Part shown: piece by piece, positions 48,001 through 60,022 of the stretch | Position numbering within the stretch: position 1 is the stretch's first letter | Layout: each line of letters opens with the position of its first letter | NCBI GenBank assembly: GCA_002269645.1 | Contig: NIVC01002205.1 | Span: 129,157 to 193,156 of the forward strand | Length of the DNA: 64,000 bases | Origin: Macrostomum lignano | Taxonomy: Eukaryota | Direction of reading: 5' to 3' | The notes under the pieces: generated by a model | Database searches by the model: none | What the model saw: the letters and a program-made list of their open reading frames with translations, nothing else | What the model was told of the DNA's origin: nothing | Translations under genes and position numbers: made by a program

Positions 48001-49949
48001 ATTCCCCCAGCATCACCCCTAGCATCATTCCCTCAGCATCATTCCCCTCAGCATCATTCTCCCAGCATCACCCCCTAGCATCACCCCCAGCATCATTCCC
48101 CCAGCATCACCCCCTAGCATCACCCCCAGCATCATTCCCCAGCATCACCCCCTAGCATCACCCCAGCATCATTCCCCCAGCATCACCCCTAGCATCACCC
48201 CCAGCATCATTCCCCCAGCATCACCCCCTAGCATCACCCCCAGCATCATTCCCCCAGCATCATTCCCCTCAGAATCATTCCCCAGCATCACCCCCTAGCA
48301 TCACCCCCTAGCATCACCCCCAGCATCATTCCCCAGCATCATTCCCCTCAGCATCATTTCCCTCAGCATCATTGCCCAGCATCATTCCCAGCATCACCCC
48401 CTAGCATCACCCCAGCATCATTCCCCTCAGCATCATTCCCCCAGCATCATTCCCCTCAGCATCATTCCCCAGCATCACCCCTAGCATCACCCCCTAGCAT
48501 CACCCCCAGCATCATTCCCCCAGCATCATTCCCCTCAGCATCATTTCCCTCAGCATCATTGCCCCAGCATCATTCCCCCAGCATCACCCCCTAGCATCAC
48601 CCCCAGCATCATTCCCCCAGCATCACCCCCAGCATCATTCCCCCAGCATCACCCCTAGCATCACCCCCAGCATCATTCCCCCAGCATCATTCCCCTCAGC
48701 ATCATTCCCCTCAGCATCATTCCCCAGCATCATTCCCTCAGCATCATTCCCTCAGCATCATTCCCCAGCATCACCCCTAGCATCATTCCCCTCAGCATCA
48801 TTCCCTCAGCATCATTCTCCCAGCATCACCCCCTAGCATCACCCCAGCATCATTCCCCCAGCATCACCCCTAGCATCACCCCAGCATCATTCCCCCAGCA
48901 TCACCCCTAGCATCACCCCAGCATCATTCCCCCAGCATCACCCCCTAGCATCACCCCCAGCATCATTCCCCCAGCATCACCCCTAGCATCACCCCCAGCA
49001 TCATTCCCCAGCATCATTCCCCTCAGAATCATTCCCCCAGCATCACCCCTAGCATCACCCCTAGCATCACCCCAGCATCATTCCCCAGCATCATTCCCTC
49101 AGCATCATTTCCCTCAGCATCATTGCCCCAGCATCATTCCCCAGCATCACCCCCTAGCATCACCCCAGCATCATTCCCCCAGCATCATTCCCCTCAGCAT
49201 CATTCCCATCAGCATCTTTCCTCGGGGAATGATAATCGGGAACGGGGTACACTGCCTATGCACATTTAAGGCCGAATTGCCTTGAGTTTACTTAGTTTTT
49301 ATACTCGCTTTGCTGAAATCTTATCTCAGGTGCTCGAGCTTAACTCGCTGCTCCCAGCTGACTGGTTCAAGAACCGGCTGAACTTGCCCCCTGGTGCGCA
49401 GGCACAGCTGTGGCCAAAGGCTGGTCACCAGCCAGCCGACCTGATAAACCGCCTGGCCAAATCCAAGACCGAACTCAGCGTTTGGGACGTCACCCACCTG
49501 CCTTCAGAGCTGCGCCTTTCCGGCTGCCGCAGGCGCCTCCCACCTGTCTATGCGCGCGCCAATCCGCCCTGGCTGCTGCGGCTCAGCGCCGGCGCCCCGC
49601 TGCCCCTGGGCGTCAGCGGCTACTCGGCCGATACCGAAGACATGCGGCCGCTCTGGGTGGCCAGGGGCCCCGACTTTAAGGCCGCCGGAGCTGTGGTGGA
49701 CCTGCCTCTGGAGTCGTGGACTTTTACCCGCTGGCCTGCCAGCTGCTGGGCCTGCAGCCGAAGCCCAACAACGGCTCGCTGGCGCGCATCTCCCCGCTGC
49801 TAACTCGCTACATCGGCGGCGAGGGATTCCTGGCCACCTTCGCCGGCGTGCTGCTGCTGTTCTCCTTCTTCGGCGCCATTCTGATCGTCACCGCCGTCAT
49901 CACTTCGCGACAGCCCGTCAAGACTGTCAGGGGAGAGCTTGGGTCCTGA
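45035..49949 (+). CDS. ENPP4/5-like type I membrane phosphodiesterase-family protein, probably catalytically impaired; exons 45035-45625, 46593-46877, 49330-49949 (1-nt frameshift at ~49716)
   Basis: Signal peptide; IFNGLRYD, PTDSMPNYWSMLTGLYPESH, EPLW, YFTEPGDTARAHGP, TTDHGM, GYS...DMRPLWVARGPDF, VDFYPLACQLLGLQPKPNNGS; C-terminal TM helix. Phases 0, 0. Confidence 0.85.
45643..46108 (+). repeat. 31-bp intronic minisatellite (~15 copies)
   Basis: Unit TGTCTGATTGCAGACTGG(G/A)CAGTGCTGTGAG, starting ~17 nt after the donor at 45626. Confidence 0.96.
47080..49215 (+). repeat. ~13-15-bp C-rich intronic minisatellite (CAGCATCATTCCCC / TAGCATCACCCC variants)
   Basis: About 2.1 kb of CAGCATCA(TT)C(n) units with variable C-run length, filling ENPP-like intron 2. 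Confidence 0.96.
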
Positions 49950-50074
49950 CTAACTGGCTCGGAGATTGAGCCAGATTTTTAGTAGTTATTTTCCATTTGA
50001 CCGCTTGATTGACACCTGCCACCTAGAAATATGCTGCTTGCATGAAGCGCAACTGTATGCTGGTCTCTGAGCCA

Positions 50075-51175
50075 CTTGTTGAGCGAGTAGCTGAGGTGTC
50101 CCATGGTGAGGTGCCTGCAATCAAATTAGCTGAGTGAGTAGCTGAGGTGTCCCATGGTGAGGTACCTGCAATCAAATTGGCTGAGTGAGTAGCTGAGGTG
50201 TCCCATGGTGAGGTGCCTGCAATCAAATTAGCTGAGTGAGTAGCTGAGGTGTCCCATGGTGAGGTACCTGCAATCAAATTGGCTGAGTGAGTAGCTGAGG
50301 TGTGTCCAATGATGAGGTGCCTGCAATCAAATTGGCTGAGTGAGTAGCTGAGGTGTCCCATGTTGAGGTGCCTGCAATCAAATTGGCTGAGTGAGTAGCT
50401 GAGGTGTGTCCCATGATGAGGTGCCTGCAATCAAATTGGCTGAGTGAGTAGCTGAGGTGTGTCCCATGATGAGGTGCCTGCAATCAAATTGGCTGAGTGA
50501 GTAGCTGAGGTGTGTCCCATGATGAGGTGCCTGCAATCAAATTGGCTGAGTGAGTAGCTGAGGTGTGTCCCATGATGAGGTGCCTGCAATCAAATTGGCT
50601 GAGTGAGTAGCTGAGGTGTGTCCCATGATGAGGTGCCTGCAATCAAATTGGCTGAGTGAGTAGCTGAGGTGTGTCCCATGATGAGGTGCCTGCAATCAAA
50701 TTGGCTGAGTGAGTAGCTGAGGTGTGTCCCATGATGAGGTGCCTGCAATCAAATTGGCTGAGTGAGTAGCTGAGGTGTGTCCCATGATGAGGTGCCTGCA
50801 ATCAAATTGGCTGAGTGAGTAGCTGAGGTGTGTCCCATGATGAGGTGCCTGCAATCAAATTGGCTGAGTGAGTAGCTGAGGTGTGTCCCATGATGAGGTG
50901 CCTGCAATCAAATTGGCTGAGTGAGTAGCTGAGGTGTGTCCCATGATGAGGTGCCTGCAATCAAATTGGCTGAGTGAGTAGCTGAGGTGTGTCCCATGAT
51001 GAGGTGCCTGCAATCAAATTGGCTGAGTGAGTAGCTGAGGTGTGTCCCATGATGAGGTGCCTGCAATCAAATTGGCTGAGTGAGTAGCTGAGGTGTGTCC
51101 CATGATGAGGTGCCTGCAATCAAATTGGCTGAGTGAGTAGCTGAGGTGTGTCCATGATGAGGTGCCTGCAATCAA
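50075..51175 (+). repeat. 51/53-bp minisatellite (~21 copies) downstream of the ENPP-like stop
   Basis: Unit CTGAGTGAGTAGCTGAGGTG(TG)TCCCATGATGAGGTGCCTGCAATCAAATTGG. Confidence 0.96.
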
Positions 51176-52188
51176 GAGTAAGTAGCAATCGAATCGGCTC
51201 AATCAAGGGTTGGGTGCATGCATTCCTGTTTGCCCTCCGGTAGAAACCCATTCGCCGCAGTCATTTTGATTTTTTTTTCTATTAGAAAGCCACTGTTTTT
51301 TCCTTATGCTCTCAATCGATCTTGATCTTGAATCTCTTTTCGGGATTCTTTAGGACAACATTATCAATACGCTCGAATGTTAGTGCGTAAAAGTAGCGAG
51401 GAAGCAATGTCAATGATTTAAATTTCGTGTTACATCCAACTCAAATTTGAAAATCTTGAATCTTGAATTTGAAGCTCAAGACAATTTACCGTATTCAGTC
51501 TGTGCCTGCTTCCACCATGCCATGTGCACCACATTGGCGCCCGCGCTCTCGATCAGTTCAAGGCCAGCTAGGCGCAAGCAGCCCCTCCCAGCCAGGCGAG
51601 CGCTCAGTTTATGCCTGCTGTACAGATATTTGACCTACTCGACTTTCCATTGACTCAACCTGTACCTTCCGGTTTTCGGTGTCTTTTTAACACAGTAAAT
51701 TTTATCGCGTCTTCTGCCACCTCTGGCCAGTCATAACCCAGACATTTCGCGTGGAACAATAATGACGATTTCGATTTTTATTGAAGCCCGCTAATCATGC
51801 CAATTTACTTCTTAAATAAACAGCCTGAAGCTGGCACTTTGAACTGGACTTTGTTATACTTTTTTCGATGAGCTGGACCCCAATGCAGGGTGTGTGACGC
51901 CTTCGGCCGATGCTTTTCTCCTTATTCCACTGACTCTTCTCGGCACACCGGATGTGCAGCTGTCATGACTCCCATTTTCATGTAGGTATTTGCGCTTCTA
52001 TGCTGTGTCCTTTGACACTGGCCATCATTCGTACCAGATTCACAAGCTCTCCCCACATTGATGCCGAATCGAAACCCGGGACCCCCGGCCAATGCAGTCA
52101 TTTAGACTGAAACAGAGTCAAGTCTTTCAAATCCCTTTTCTTTGTTTCTTTCTTCTGGCGGCGCGTTGATCCGTTCAGACAGGTTGCC

Positions 52189-54255
52189 ATGACAACCCAC
52201 TGCCACTGGCTCCGCTGTTTCTGGCATCGGCCGAAGCGCAGGGGATCAGTCGTGGCCTGTCTGAGCGGCCTGTGCGCCTTGACCATGTACTGGCTGGGCT
52301 GGGGACCCTTTGCCCCCTGCCAGCCCAGTCTCTCCATCACCGAGCAGCTGCAAGACGCCAACCAGACTGTGAGACTCTTCTATAATTGTTGCGATTCACA
52401 CTATTGTTGTGTAGGCTGAGCTGTGTCCCTGCTGACCAAGCTGTGTACCTGCTGACTGAGCTGTGTCCCTGCTGACCAAGCTGTGTACCTGCTGACCAAG
52501 CTGTGTCCCTGCTGACCAAGCTGTGTACCTGCTGACTGAGCTGTGTCCCTGCTGACCAAGCTGTGTACCTGCTGACCAAGCTGTGTACCTGCTGACCAAG
52601 CTGTGTCCCTGCTGACTGAGCTGTGTCCCTGCTGACCAAGCTGTGTACCTGCTGACCAAGCTGTGTCCCTGCTGACCAAGCTGTGTACCTGCTGACCAAG
52701 CTGTGTCCCTGCTGACCAAGCTGTGTCCCTGCTGACTGAGCTGTGTACCTGCTGACCAAGCTGTGTCCCTGCTGACCAAGCTGTGTCCCTGCTGACTGAG
52801 CTGTGTCCCTGCTGACTGAGCTGTGTACCTGCTGACTGAGCTGTGTACCTGCTGACCAAGCTGTGTCCCTGCTGACTGAGCTGTGTCCCTGCTGCCTGAG
52901 CTGTGTCCCTGCTGACTGAGCTGTGTCCCTGCTGACTGAGCTGTGTCCCTACTGACCGAGCTGTGTCCTGCTGACTGAGCTGTGTCCCTGCTGACTGAGC
53001 TGTGTCCCTGCTGACTGAGCTGTGTCCCTACTGACCGAGCTGTGTCCCTACTGACCGAGCTGTGTACCTGCTGACTGAGCTGTGTACCTGCTGACTGAGC
53101 TGTTACCTGCTGACTGAGCTGTGTACCTGCTGACCAAGCTGTGTCCCTGCTGACTGAGCTGTGTCCCTGCTGCCTGAGCTGTGTCCCTGCTGACTGAGCT
53201 GTGTCCCTGCTGACTGAGCTGTGTCCCTACTGACCGAGCTGTGTCCCTGCTGACTGAGCTGTGTCCCTGCTGACTGAGCTGTGTCCCTACTGACCGAGCT
53301 GTGTCCCTGCTGACTGAGCTGTGCCATATTTTGATACATTTGCTCATTTGCCAGCATGCAGTGACTGTCAGCGCTCCCCCATGCCAGGTGGTTTACTCGG
53401 TGACCGCGGATCACCCGTTCGTCTTCATAGGCGGCATGCCCCGCAGCGGGACCACCCTCATGCGGACCATCCTTGACGCGCACTCCGCTGTGCGCTGCGG
53501 CGTGGAGACTCGCGTTGTGCCGCGCCTGCTGCAACTGCTGACCCGGTGGGAGACCGAGAAGCTCGAGTCGCAGCGGCTGAGGGCGGCCGGCATTTTGGGC
53601 CGCCCTCTGGAGGCCGCCACTGCCGCCTTCATCATGCAGGTGAGGCTGCGGCGGGAACAGACTAAGTAAGGCACCTTTCCAATGGCAAAAATTCAGCTGG
53701 CGGGTGCCAGGGACTACTTTAATACTGGGTCATGAAACGACAAAAGCTGGAGGCTTTACCACAGAGTTTTTGTCTGTGGTAAAAAGCAAACCTATTTATC
53801 CAATTCATGCTTTTCAAGAATTCGAGATCGGCCTCTAACACTTGCTGCTTCCCGTCCCTTAGGAGGGCACAGAGCCAGAATTTAGAGGACTTTTCAAGGT
53901 TTTTTGGCTGAATTGACTTGTGAATTCGCTTTGGATAGAGGTGCCAAACACGTAGTAGGGGAGGGGGGTGTTCTTATCTCGCTTGTGCATTGTTATGAAA
54001 ACGGGTCTTCGACCACCAAAACTCGCCGTGCAGATTCTCATGCGCAATGGGCCGCCGTCACGCCGCCTCTGCGCCAAGGACCCCTACATCATGGCCCACT
54101 CGCGCCTGCTCGGCCGACTGTTTCCCAGCGCTAAGTTCATCCTCATGCTGCGGGATGGACGCGCCTTCGTTCACTCGGCTATCAGCAGGAAGATCCGCAT
54201 CACCGGGTTTGATCTCAACCGGCCCATGGACTGCCTGGCCAGGTGGAATGCCCAG
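52189..54255 (+). CDS. TPST: Tyrosylprotein sulfotransferase, 5' part; exons 52189-52368, 53388-53639, 54034-54255; 3' exons beyond the window
   Basis: N-terminal type II TM segment; PFVFIGGMPRSGTTLMRTILDAH...CGVETRVVPRLL (PAPS 5'-PSB motif); LCAKDP...LFPSAKFILMLRDGRA.VHS.ISRK..I.GFDL. All phases 0. Confidence 0.95.
52418..53325 (+). repeat. 20-bp intronic minisatellite (~45 copies)
   Basis: Unit GCTGTGT(C/A)CCTGCTGAC(TGA/CAA), filling TPST intron 1. Confidence 0.96.
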
Positions 54256-54291
54256 GTTTGTTGAAGTGCCCGATGGGGTGCTGAGCCAAAA

Positions 54292-56491
54292 CTGTAGGGT
54301 ATTAGCTCGCAATGTATGATCGTGTCAATTGTGTCAGTAGCTGTAGGGTATTAGCTCGCAATGTATGATCGTGTCAATTGTGTCAGTAGCTGTAGGGTAT
54401 TAGCTCGCAATGTATGATCGTGTCAATTGTGTCAGTAGCTGTAGGGTATTAGCTCGCAATGTATGATCGTGTCAATTGTGTCAGTAGCTGTAGGGTATTA
54501 GCTCGCAATGTATGATCGTGTCAATTGTGTCAGTAGCTGTAGGGTATTAGCTCGCAATGTATGATCGTGTCAATTGTGTCAGTAGCTGTAGGGTATTAGC
54601 TCGCAATGTATGATCGTGTCAATTGTGTCAGTAGCTGTAGGGTATTAGCTCGCAATGTATGATCGTGTCAATTGTGTCAGTAGCTGTAGGGTATTAGCTC
54701 GCAATGTATGATCGTGTCAATTGTGTCAGTAGCTGTAGGGTATTAGCTCGCAATGTATGATCGTGTCAATTGTGTCAGTAGCTGTAGGGTATTAGCTCGC
54801 AATGTATGATCGTGTCAATTGTGTCAGTAGCTGTAGGGTATTAGCTCGCAATGTATGATCGTGTCAATTGTGTCAGTAGCTGTAGGGTATTAGCTCGCAA
54901 TGTATGATCGTGTCAATTGTGTCAGTAGCTGTAGGGTATTAGCTCGCAATGTATGATCGTGTCAATTGTGTCAGTAGCTGTAGGGTATTAGCTCGCAATG
55001 TATGATCGTGTCAATTGTGTCAGTAGCTGTAGGGTATTAGCTCGCAATGTATGATCGTGTCAATTGTGTCAGTAGCTGTAGGGTATTAGCTCGCAATGTA
55101 TGATCGTGTCAATTGTGTCAGTAGCTGTAGGGTATTAGCTCGCAATGTATGATCGTGTCAATTGTGTCAGTAGCTGTAGGGTATTAGCTCGCAATGTATG
55201 ATCGTGTCAATTGTGTCAGTAGCTGTAGGGTATTAGCTCGCAATGTATGATCGTGTCAATTGTGTCAGTAGCTGTAGGGTATTAGCTCGCAATGTATGAT
55301 CGTGTCAATTGTGTCAGTAGCTGTAGGGTATTAGCTCGCAATGTATGATCGTGTCAATTGTGTCAGTAGCTGTAGGGTATTAGCTCGCAATGTATGATCG
55401 TGTCAATTGTGTCAGTAGCTGTAGGGTATTAGCTCGCAATGTATGATCGTGTCAATTGTGTCAGTAGCTGTAGGGTATTAGCTCGCAATGTATGATCGTG
55501 TCAATTGTGTCAGTAGCTGTAGGGTATTAGCTCGCAATGTATGATCGTGTCAATTGTGTCAGTAGCTGTAGGTATTAGCTCGCAATGTATGATCGTGTCA
55601 ATTGTGTCAGTAGCTGTAGGGTATTAGCTCGCAATGTATGATCGTGTCAATTGTGTCAGTAGCTGTAGGGTATTAGCTCGCAATGTATGATCGTGTCAAT
55701 TGTGTCAGTAGCTGTAGGGTATTAGCTCGCAATGTATGATCGTGTCAATTGTGTCAGTAGCTGTAGGGTATTAGCTCGCAATGTATGATCGTGTCAATTG
55801 TGTCAGTAGCTGTAGGGTATTAGCTCGCAATGTATGATCGTGTCAATTGTGTCAGTAGCTGTAGGGTATTAGCTCGCAATGTATGATCGTGTCAATTGTG
55901 TCAGTAGCTGTAGGGTATTAGCTCGCAATGTATGATCGTGTCAATTGTGTCAGTAGCTGTAGGGTATTAGCTCGCAATGTATGATCGTGTCAATTGTGTC
56001 AGTAGCTGTAGGGTATTAGCTCGCAATGTATGATCGTGTCAATTGTGTCAGTAGCTGTAGGGTATTCGCTCGCAATGTATGATCGTGTCAATTGTGTCAG
56101 TAGCTGTAGGGTATTCGCTCGCAATGTATGATCGTGTCAATTGTGTCAGTAGCTGTAGGGTATTCGCTCGCAATGTGATCGTGTCAATTGTGTCAGTAGC
56201 TGTAGGGTATTCGCTCGCAATGTATGATCGTGCAATTGTGTCAGTAGCTGTAGGGTATTAGCTCGCAATGTATGATCGTGTCAATTGTGTCAGTAGCTGT
56301 AGGGTATTAGCTCGCAATGTATGATCGTGTCAATTGTGTCAGTAGCTGTAGGGTATTAGCTCGCAATGTATGATCGTGTCAATTGTGTCAGTAGCTGTAG
56401 GGTATTAGCTCGCAATGTATGATCGTGTCAATTGTGTCAGTAGCTGTAGGGTATTAGCTCGCAATGTATGATCGTGTCAATTGTGTCAGTA
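54292..56491 (+). repeat. 49-bp intronic satellite, left arm (~45 copies)
   Basis: Unit GTAGGGTATTAGCTCGCAATGTATGATCGTGTCAATTGTGTCAGTAGCT, almost invariant; starts ~36 nt after the TPST donor at 54256. Confidence 0.98.
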
Positions 56492-57334
56492 CACTGTAAT
56501 TCCTAAAGGTCCGAAGAAGGGTCCGGGAAAGGTCCATTGTGGAGGGTCCGGAGCGTCGAAATAACGGACCATGAAAGGTCCGTATTTTGATGGGTCCGTA
56601 TTGTAAAGTCCGTATTGCAAGGTCCGTATTTTGAAAGGTCCGTATTTTGAAAGGTCCCTATTGCAAAGTCCATATTTTTCAGATGTCCGCATTATGGGTC
56701 CGAAATATAAAAACGATTACACCCCAAAATGTATTCACTTGATCTGCAAGACACAAAATACCCACTATTATAGGTATGAATTTTATGAATTTCCTTACCT
56801 GTAAAATTGTTCCCAATTACATTATGTGAGGCATACAATGTTGTCAGTCATTGCGCTCAATTTAAGAAAAGTAAGAAGTGAAGCATTCGTAATCAACAAT
56901 TGCATGTTTATGAAGGATGTTAACCAATTTAAAGTATTTTTTATGGTATATAAAGATTGATCCTAAAATATTTATTGTTGTAGTACAAAAACAGTGGTAA
57001 TAATAATATTTAGTAATTATTTGTTGCACATTACACATTGCGAATAAGTGTTTGCTTTGGTCACTCAAAGAGTGAAGTTGAATATACAGACTAAAAAGCA
57101 CAAACTAAATACACAGGGCAATAAATAAGCAGCCAACATCGCCGTGACCCTCTGATGACAGATAACACTCTATGATTATGATTGTGAATATGAAAATAAA
57201 TATTGTGATTGTGATTAGGCTTGTGATTACGATTAATTCACAGTCATATTCAATCGTACTAACATGAAAATGAATATAATTATTATAAAAATGAAAATGA
57301 TTACAATAGTCATGTCTAGGCGTTATAAAATCAT

Positions 57335-59043
57335 CTAACGAAGTGCATCCAAAATAGCTACTGCAGCCTTGCGGACGGCTTTCTTGCGAAGGCCCGACAG
57401 CACTTCGATTACCTCCAGAAACGCCTCTAGGGCAGGGAGGTGCTGGAGGTTGAACGCGATGAAGACAATTACAAATGCAATTATCGAGTCAGTAACACTG
57501 TCGAATGGGATGCTCGCACCGTTGACGAAAACGCCGCACCATTTTCCATCCTCTGTCAGAATTCTGACTGGCAGTGCGTCGCGAAGAATAATAGACGGGT
57601 CGACTCGCAACCGACCGAGAAGAAGAAAGACAGCCACAGGCAGCTTGTCCTCCTCTGAAACAACTGGCAATTCCACATAATCCTTGCACAGCTTGAAATT
57701 TTTTAGCAACTGCCTTTTACTGTACACAAGCAACAAGGCGTTAATAATCCTGCTTCTCATTTCCGATGGACTTGGTGGAAGTACATAGTCAGTTTTGCTT
57801 CTGTTGTATGTCTGGATCATGAGATACGCCTCCTGCTGCAGTACTGCGATGTTTACCAGTGGCGCATTTCGTCACTAACCGTCAAATCTTGGCACCGCAA
57901 TATTCGAATCGGAAACAGAGCCTGCATTTCGTTGAGAACGTCTGATATTGAAGAGTCATGATGAGTCTCGTTCAATCTCGTTCGACGAGCTTCGTGTGAC
58001 GGTGGTACATCGGTATCGAACTCGCCGAAGTCAACGCTCTTCGCCATTGCACTGCCAGCATCGTCTGCATCACTATCATCATCGCCTTCTTCTTCGATCA
58101 GATCTTCGTCGTCGTTGATACGCTGCTTGTTGGCTCTTTTAGCACGTGAAGCTATAATTTCATTGTCGTCATCATCTTCCTGGCCTTCAACTTCCTTGTA
58201 CTGCCGTTTATGCCTTTGGCTCACAGTAACCGCACTTGGGCCTGCAGCAGCTGCAGCAGCATTTGGTAGAATTATACGCCGATGACCAAGTCGACCATGC
58301 TTCCGTCGCATCTCCTGAACCGTTGGGCTGCTCTTGTCGACAAAGTCGCCAACGAACCGGAGCTCTTTGAAACGCCGAATAAGCTTTTGGCGCCAAAAGC
58401 TTGAGCTCCCACTTAATGAGGTGTCCTTCAGTCCAGGATACGAAGTTACTATGGAAGTGCACACATCTGTTATCTGGCTAGATGACAGGTATGGTTCATT
58501 TGGCGACAGATAGTTCAAACAGATGTGATCGACGATGAATTTAAGGAACTTGTTGACAAACGTCGCGTTCATTTTTAAATCGGAACCCTTTTCGGGGTGC
58601 ATTCGTAGATCACGAAGGGCGTTGGCGAGATCGTCCATTCGTGGAAGCGAGTACACTTCGGGCCATGGAAGTGTAGTTGCAGCCGTAGCTGCTACAGCTG
58701 GATTTGGACTCAGAGCCTGTGTGCCTCGACTCGGTGTTGTGGCAATCTCGACATTGCGTATTTCGCTTTGCTGCTTTGGTGTAGTTGAAGGTTCTACAGG
58801 GCATGCACCGCAGCTTGGAAGCAACTCTCCAGAAAGAAGGAAGTACACAGTTCTACATTCCTTTGCCACCTCCGATATTAAATCATCGTCGTCGATTTCG
58901 AAACCGTCAGAAGTGACAATGCGAACATTTTCAACATCTGCAATGTCCAATTTTAAACAACCTTTGATGCGAAGGTCCGCCAAGGTCAGGCCAGAAGCTG
59001 GAAGGAGCTTCTTGCGCTCCTCTGAGCCGTTGCAGATTCGAAG
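57335..59043 (-). CDS. EnSpm accessory protein (SAMD3-like family) with N-terminal CIDE-N-like domain; frameshift or unresolved intron at ~57855; first exon not found
   Basis: After the acceptor TTTCAG (minus, 59044): LRICNGSEERKKLLPASGLTLADLRIKGCLKLDI...IVTSDGFEIDDDDLI...VYFLLSGE (CIDE-N pattern). Then PWPEVYSLP...YPGLKD...FWRQKL..RF and C-terminal V.G.......AF..VFIAFNL...LEAFLE, typical of EnSpm ORF2 proteins. Confidence 0.75.
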
Positions 59044-59174
59044 CTGAAATGAGGTATGATGTGCACAACCTCAATCAGAATACATCTGGTAAGACACAGA
59101 TAAAATGAATTTATAAAGCCAAGGAATTCTTGTTCATTATGATTTTTCGGCTTTTGTCCTTGGCTTGACTTAAT

Positions 59175-59665
59175 GTAGTAGTAGTAGTAGTAGTAGTAGT
59201 TAATTGGCTTGGGCAAGTAGTGCCCGTTATGTTAATAGAGTGTATTTAATTAGATATGAATAACTTAGTGTTAACAAAAGTTGTCAATAATGGACAATAC
59301 AATTTAAACAGTAGAAGTTTTTGCATTAGATCAATGCCTTTAAGTTGCTGTGAGATGGCTTTCTTCCAAGGATCAATTGGATTGTCATTGTTGTTAAAGA
59401 GACTAGTGGTAGTAGAGTTAGCTTTAAATAAGTTTTAACCAGAAAAGGAGGTACCTTTTCTTAATGATTTCAGAAATAGGAAGAATGTTGAGTTCATTGA
59501 GTATGACTTTATTGCTTGTATGTATGCTCTGGTAGATTAAGAATTTAAGGAGAGACTTATAGAATTTCAATTGAATATTATCCAGATCCTTAATTTTTGA
59601 TTGCCTGGCCAGTGGACCCCATACCTTGCAGCCATAAGTAATGACTGTGACAACAAAATGTTTAG
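59175..59665 (-). mobile_element. Short 3' fragment of a LINE inserted inside the EnSpm element
   Basis: VITYGCKVWG...LDNIQLKFYKSLL...SNKVILNELNILP...KRYLLFWLKL is a post-RT LINE C-terminus, followed by a 3' UTR and AATTAA(CTA)n tail at 59175-59205. Confidence 0.65.
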
Positions 59666-60022
59666 TGTTTTTATGATGTTTTTGTTTTTTTGTTGCTTTT
59701 TTCTGAACAATCTTCACTCTTCAATACTAAAAGCTGAAGCTTCAACAAGCTTAGACAGAGGATGAACCCATTTTAGGCAAGAAATGGTTCGAAAACCTGC
59801 ACCATCTACATAGAACTAGCCTAGTCAAGGAAGGGCAAGCCGACCTATCATAAAAAGGTTAGACACCTATAGGCCAGAAATCTATGTAAGGTGGAGAGCA
59901 CAGTTCCTTGTGCTAGAGGCAAGGTGGCCCTTGTAATAATTTGTTATTTTATGAAGTGCAAGTGTATGCCATATTGTTATATGCTTAAATTTATCTAAAA
60001 TGATACCCACTAAGATTGTAGA

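Noticed and set aside
52337-53347. Repetitive ORFs SRDTAQSAGTQL...
   Set aside because: They are translations of the 20-bp satellite in TPST intron 1.
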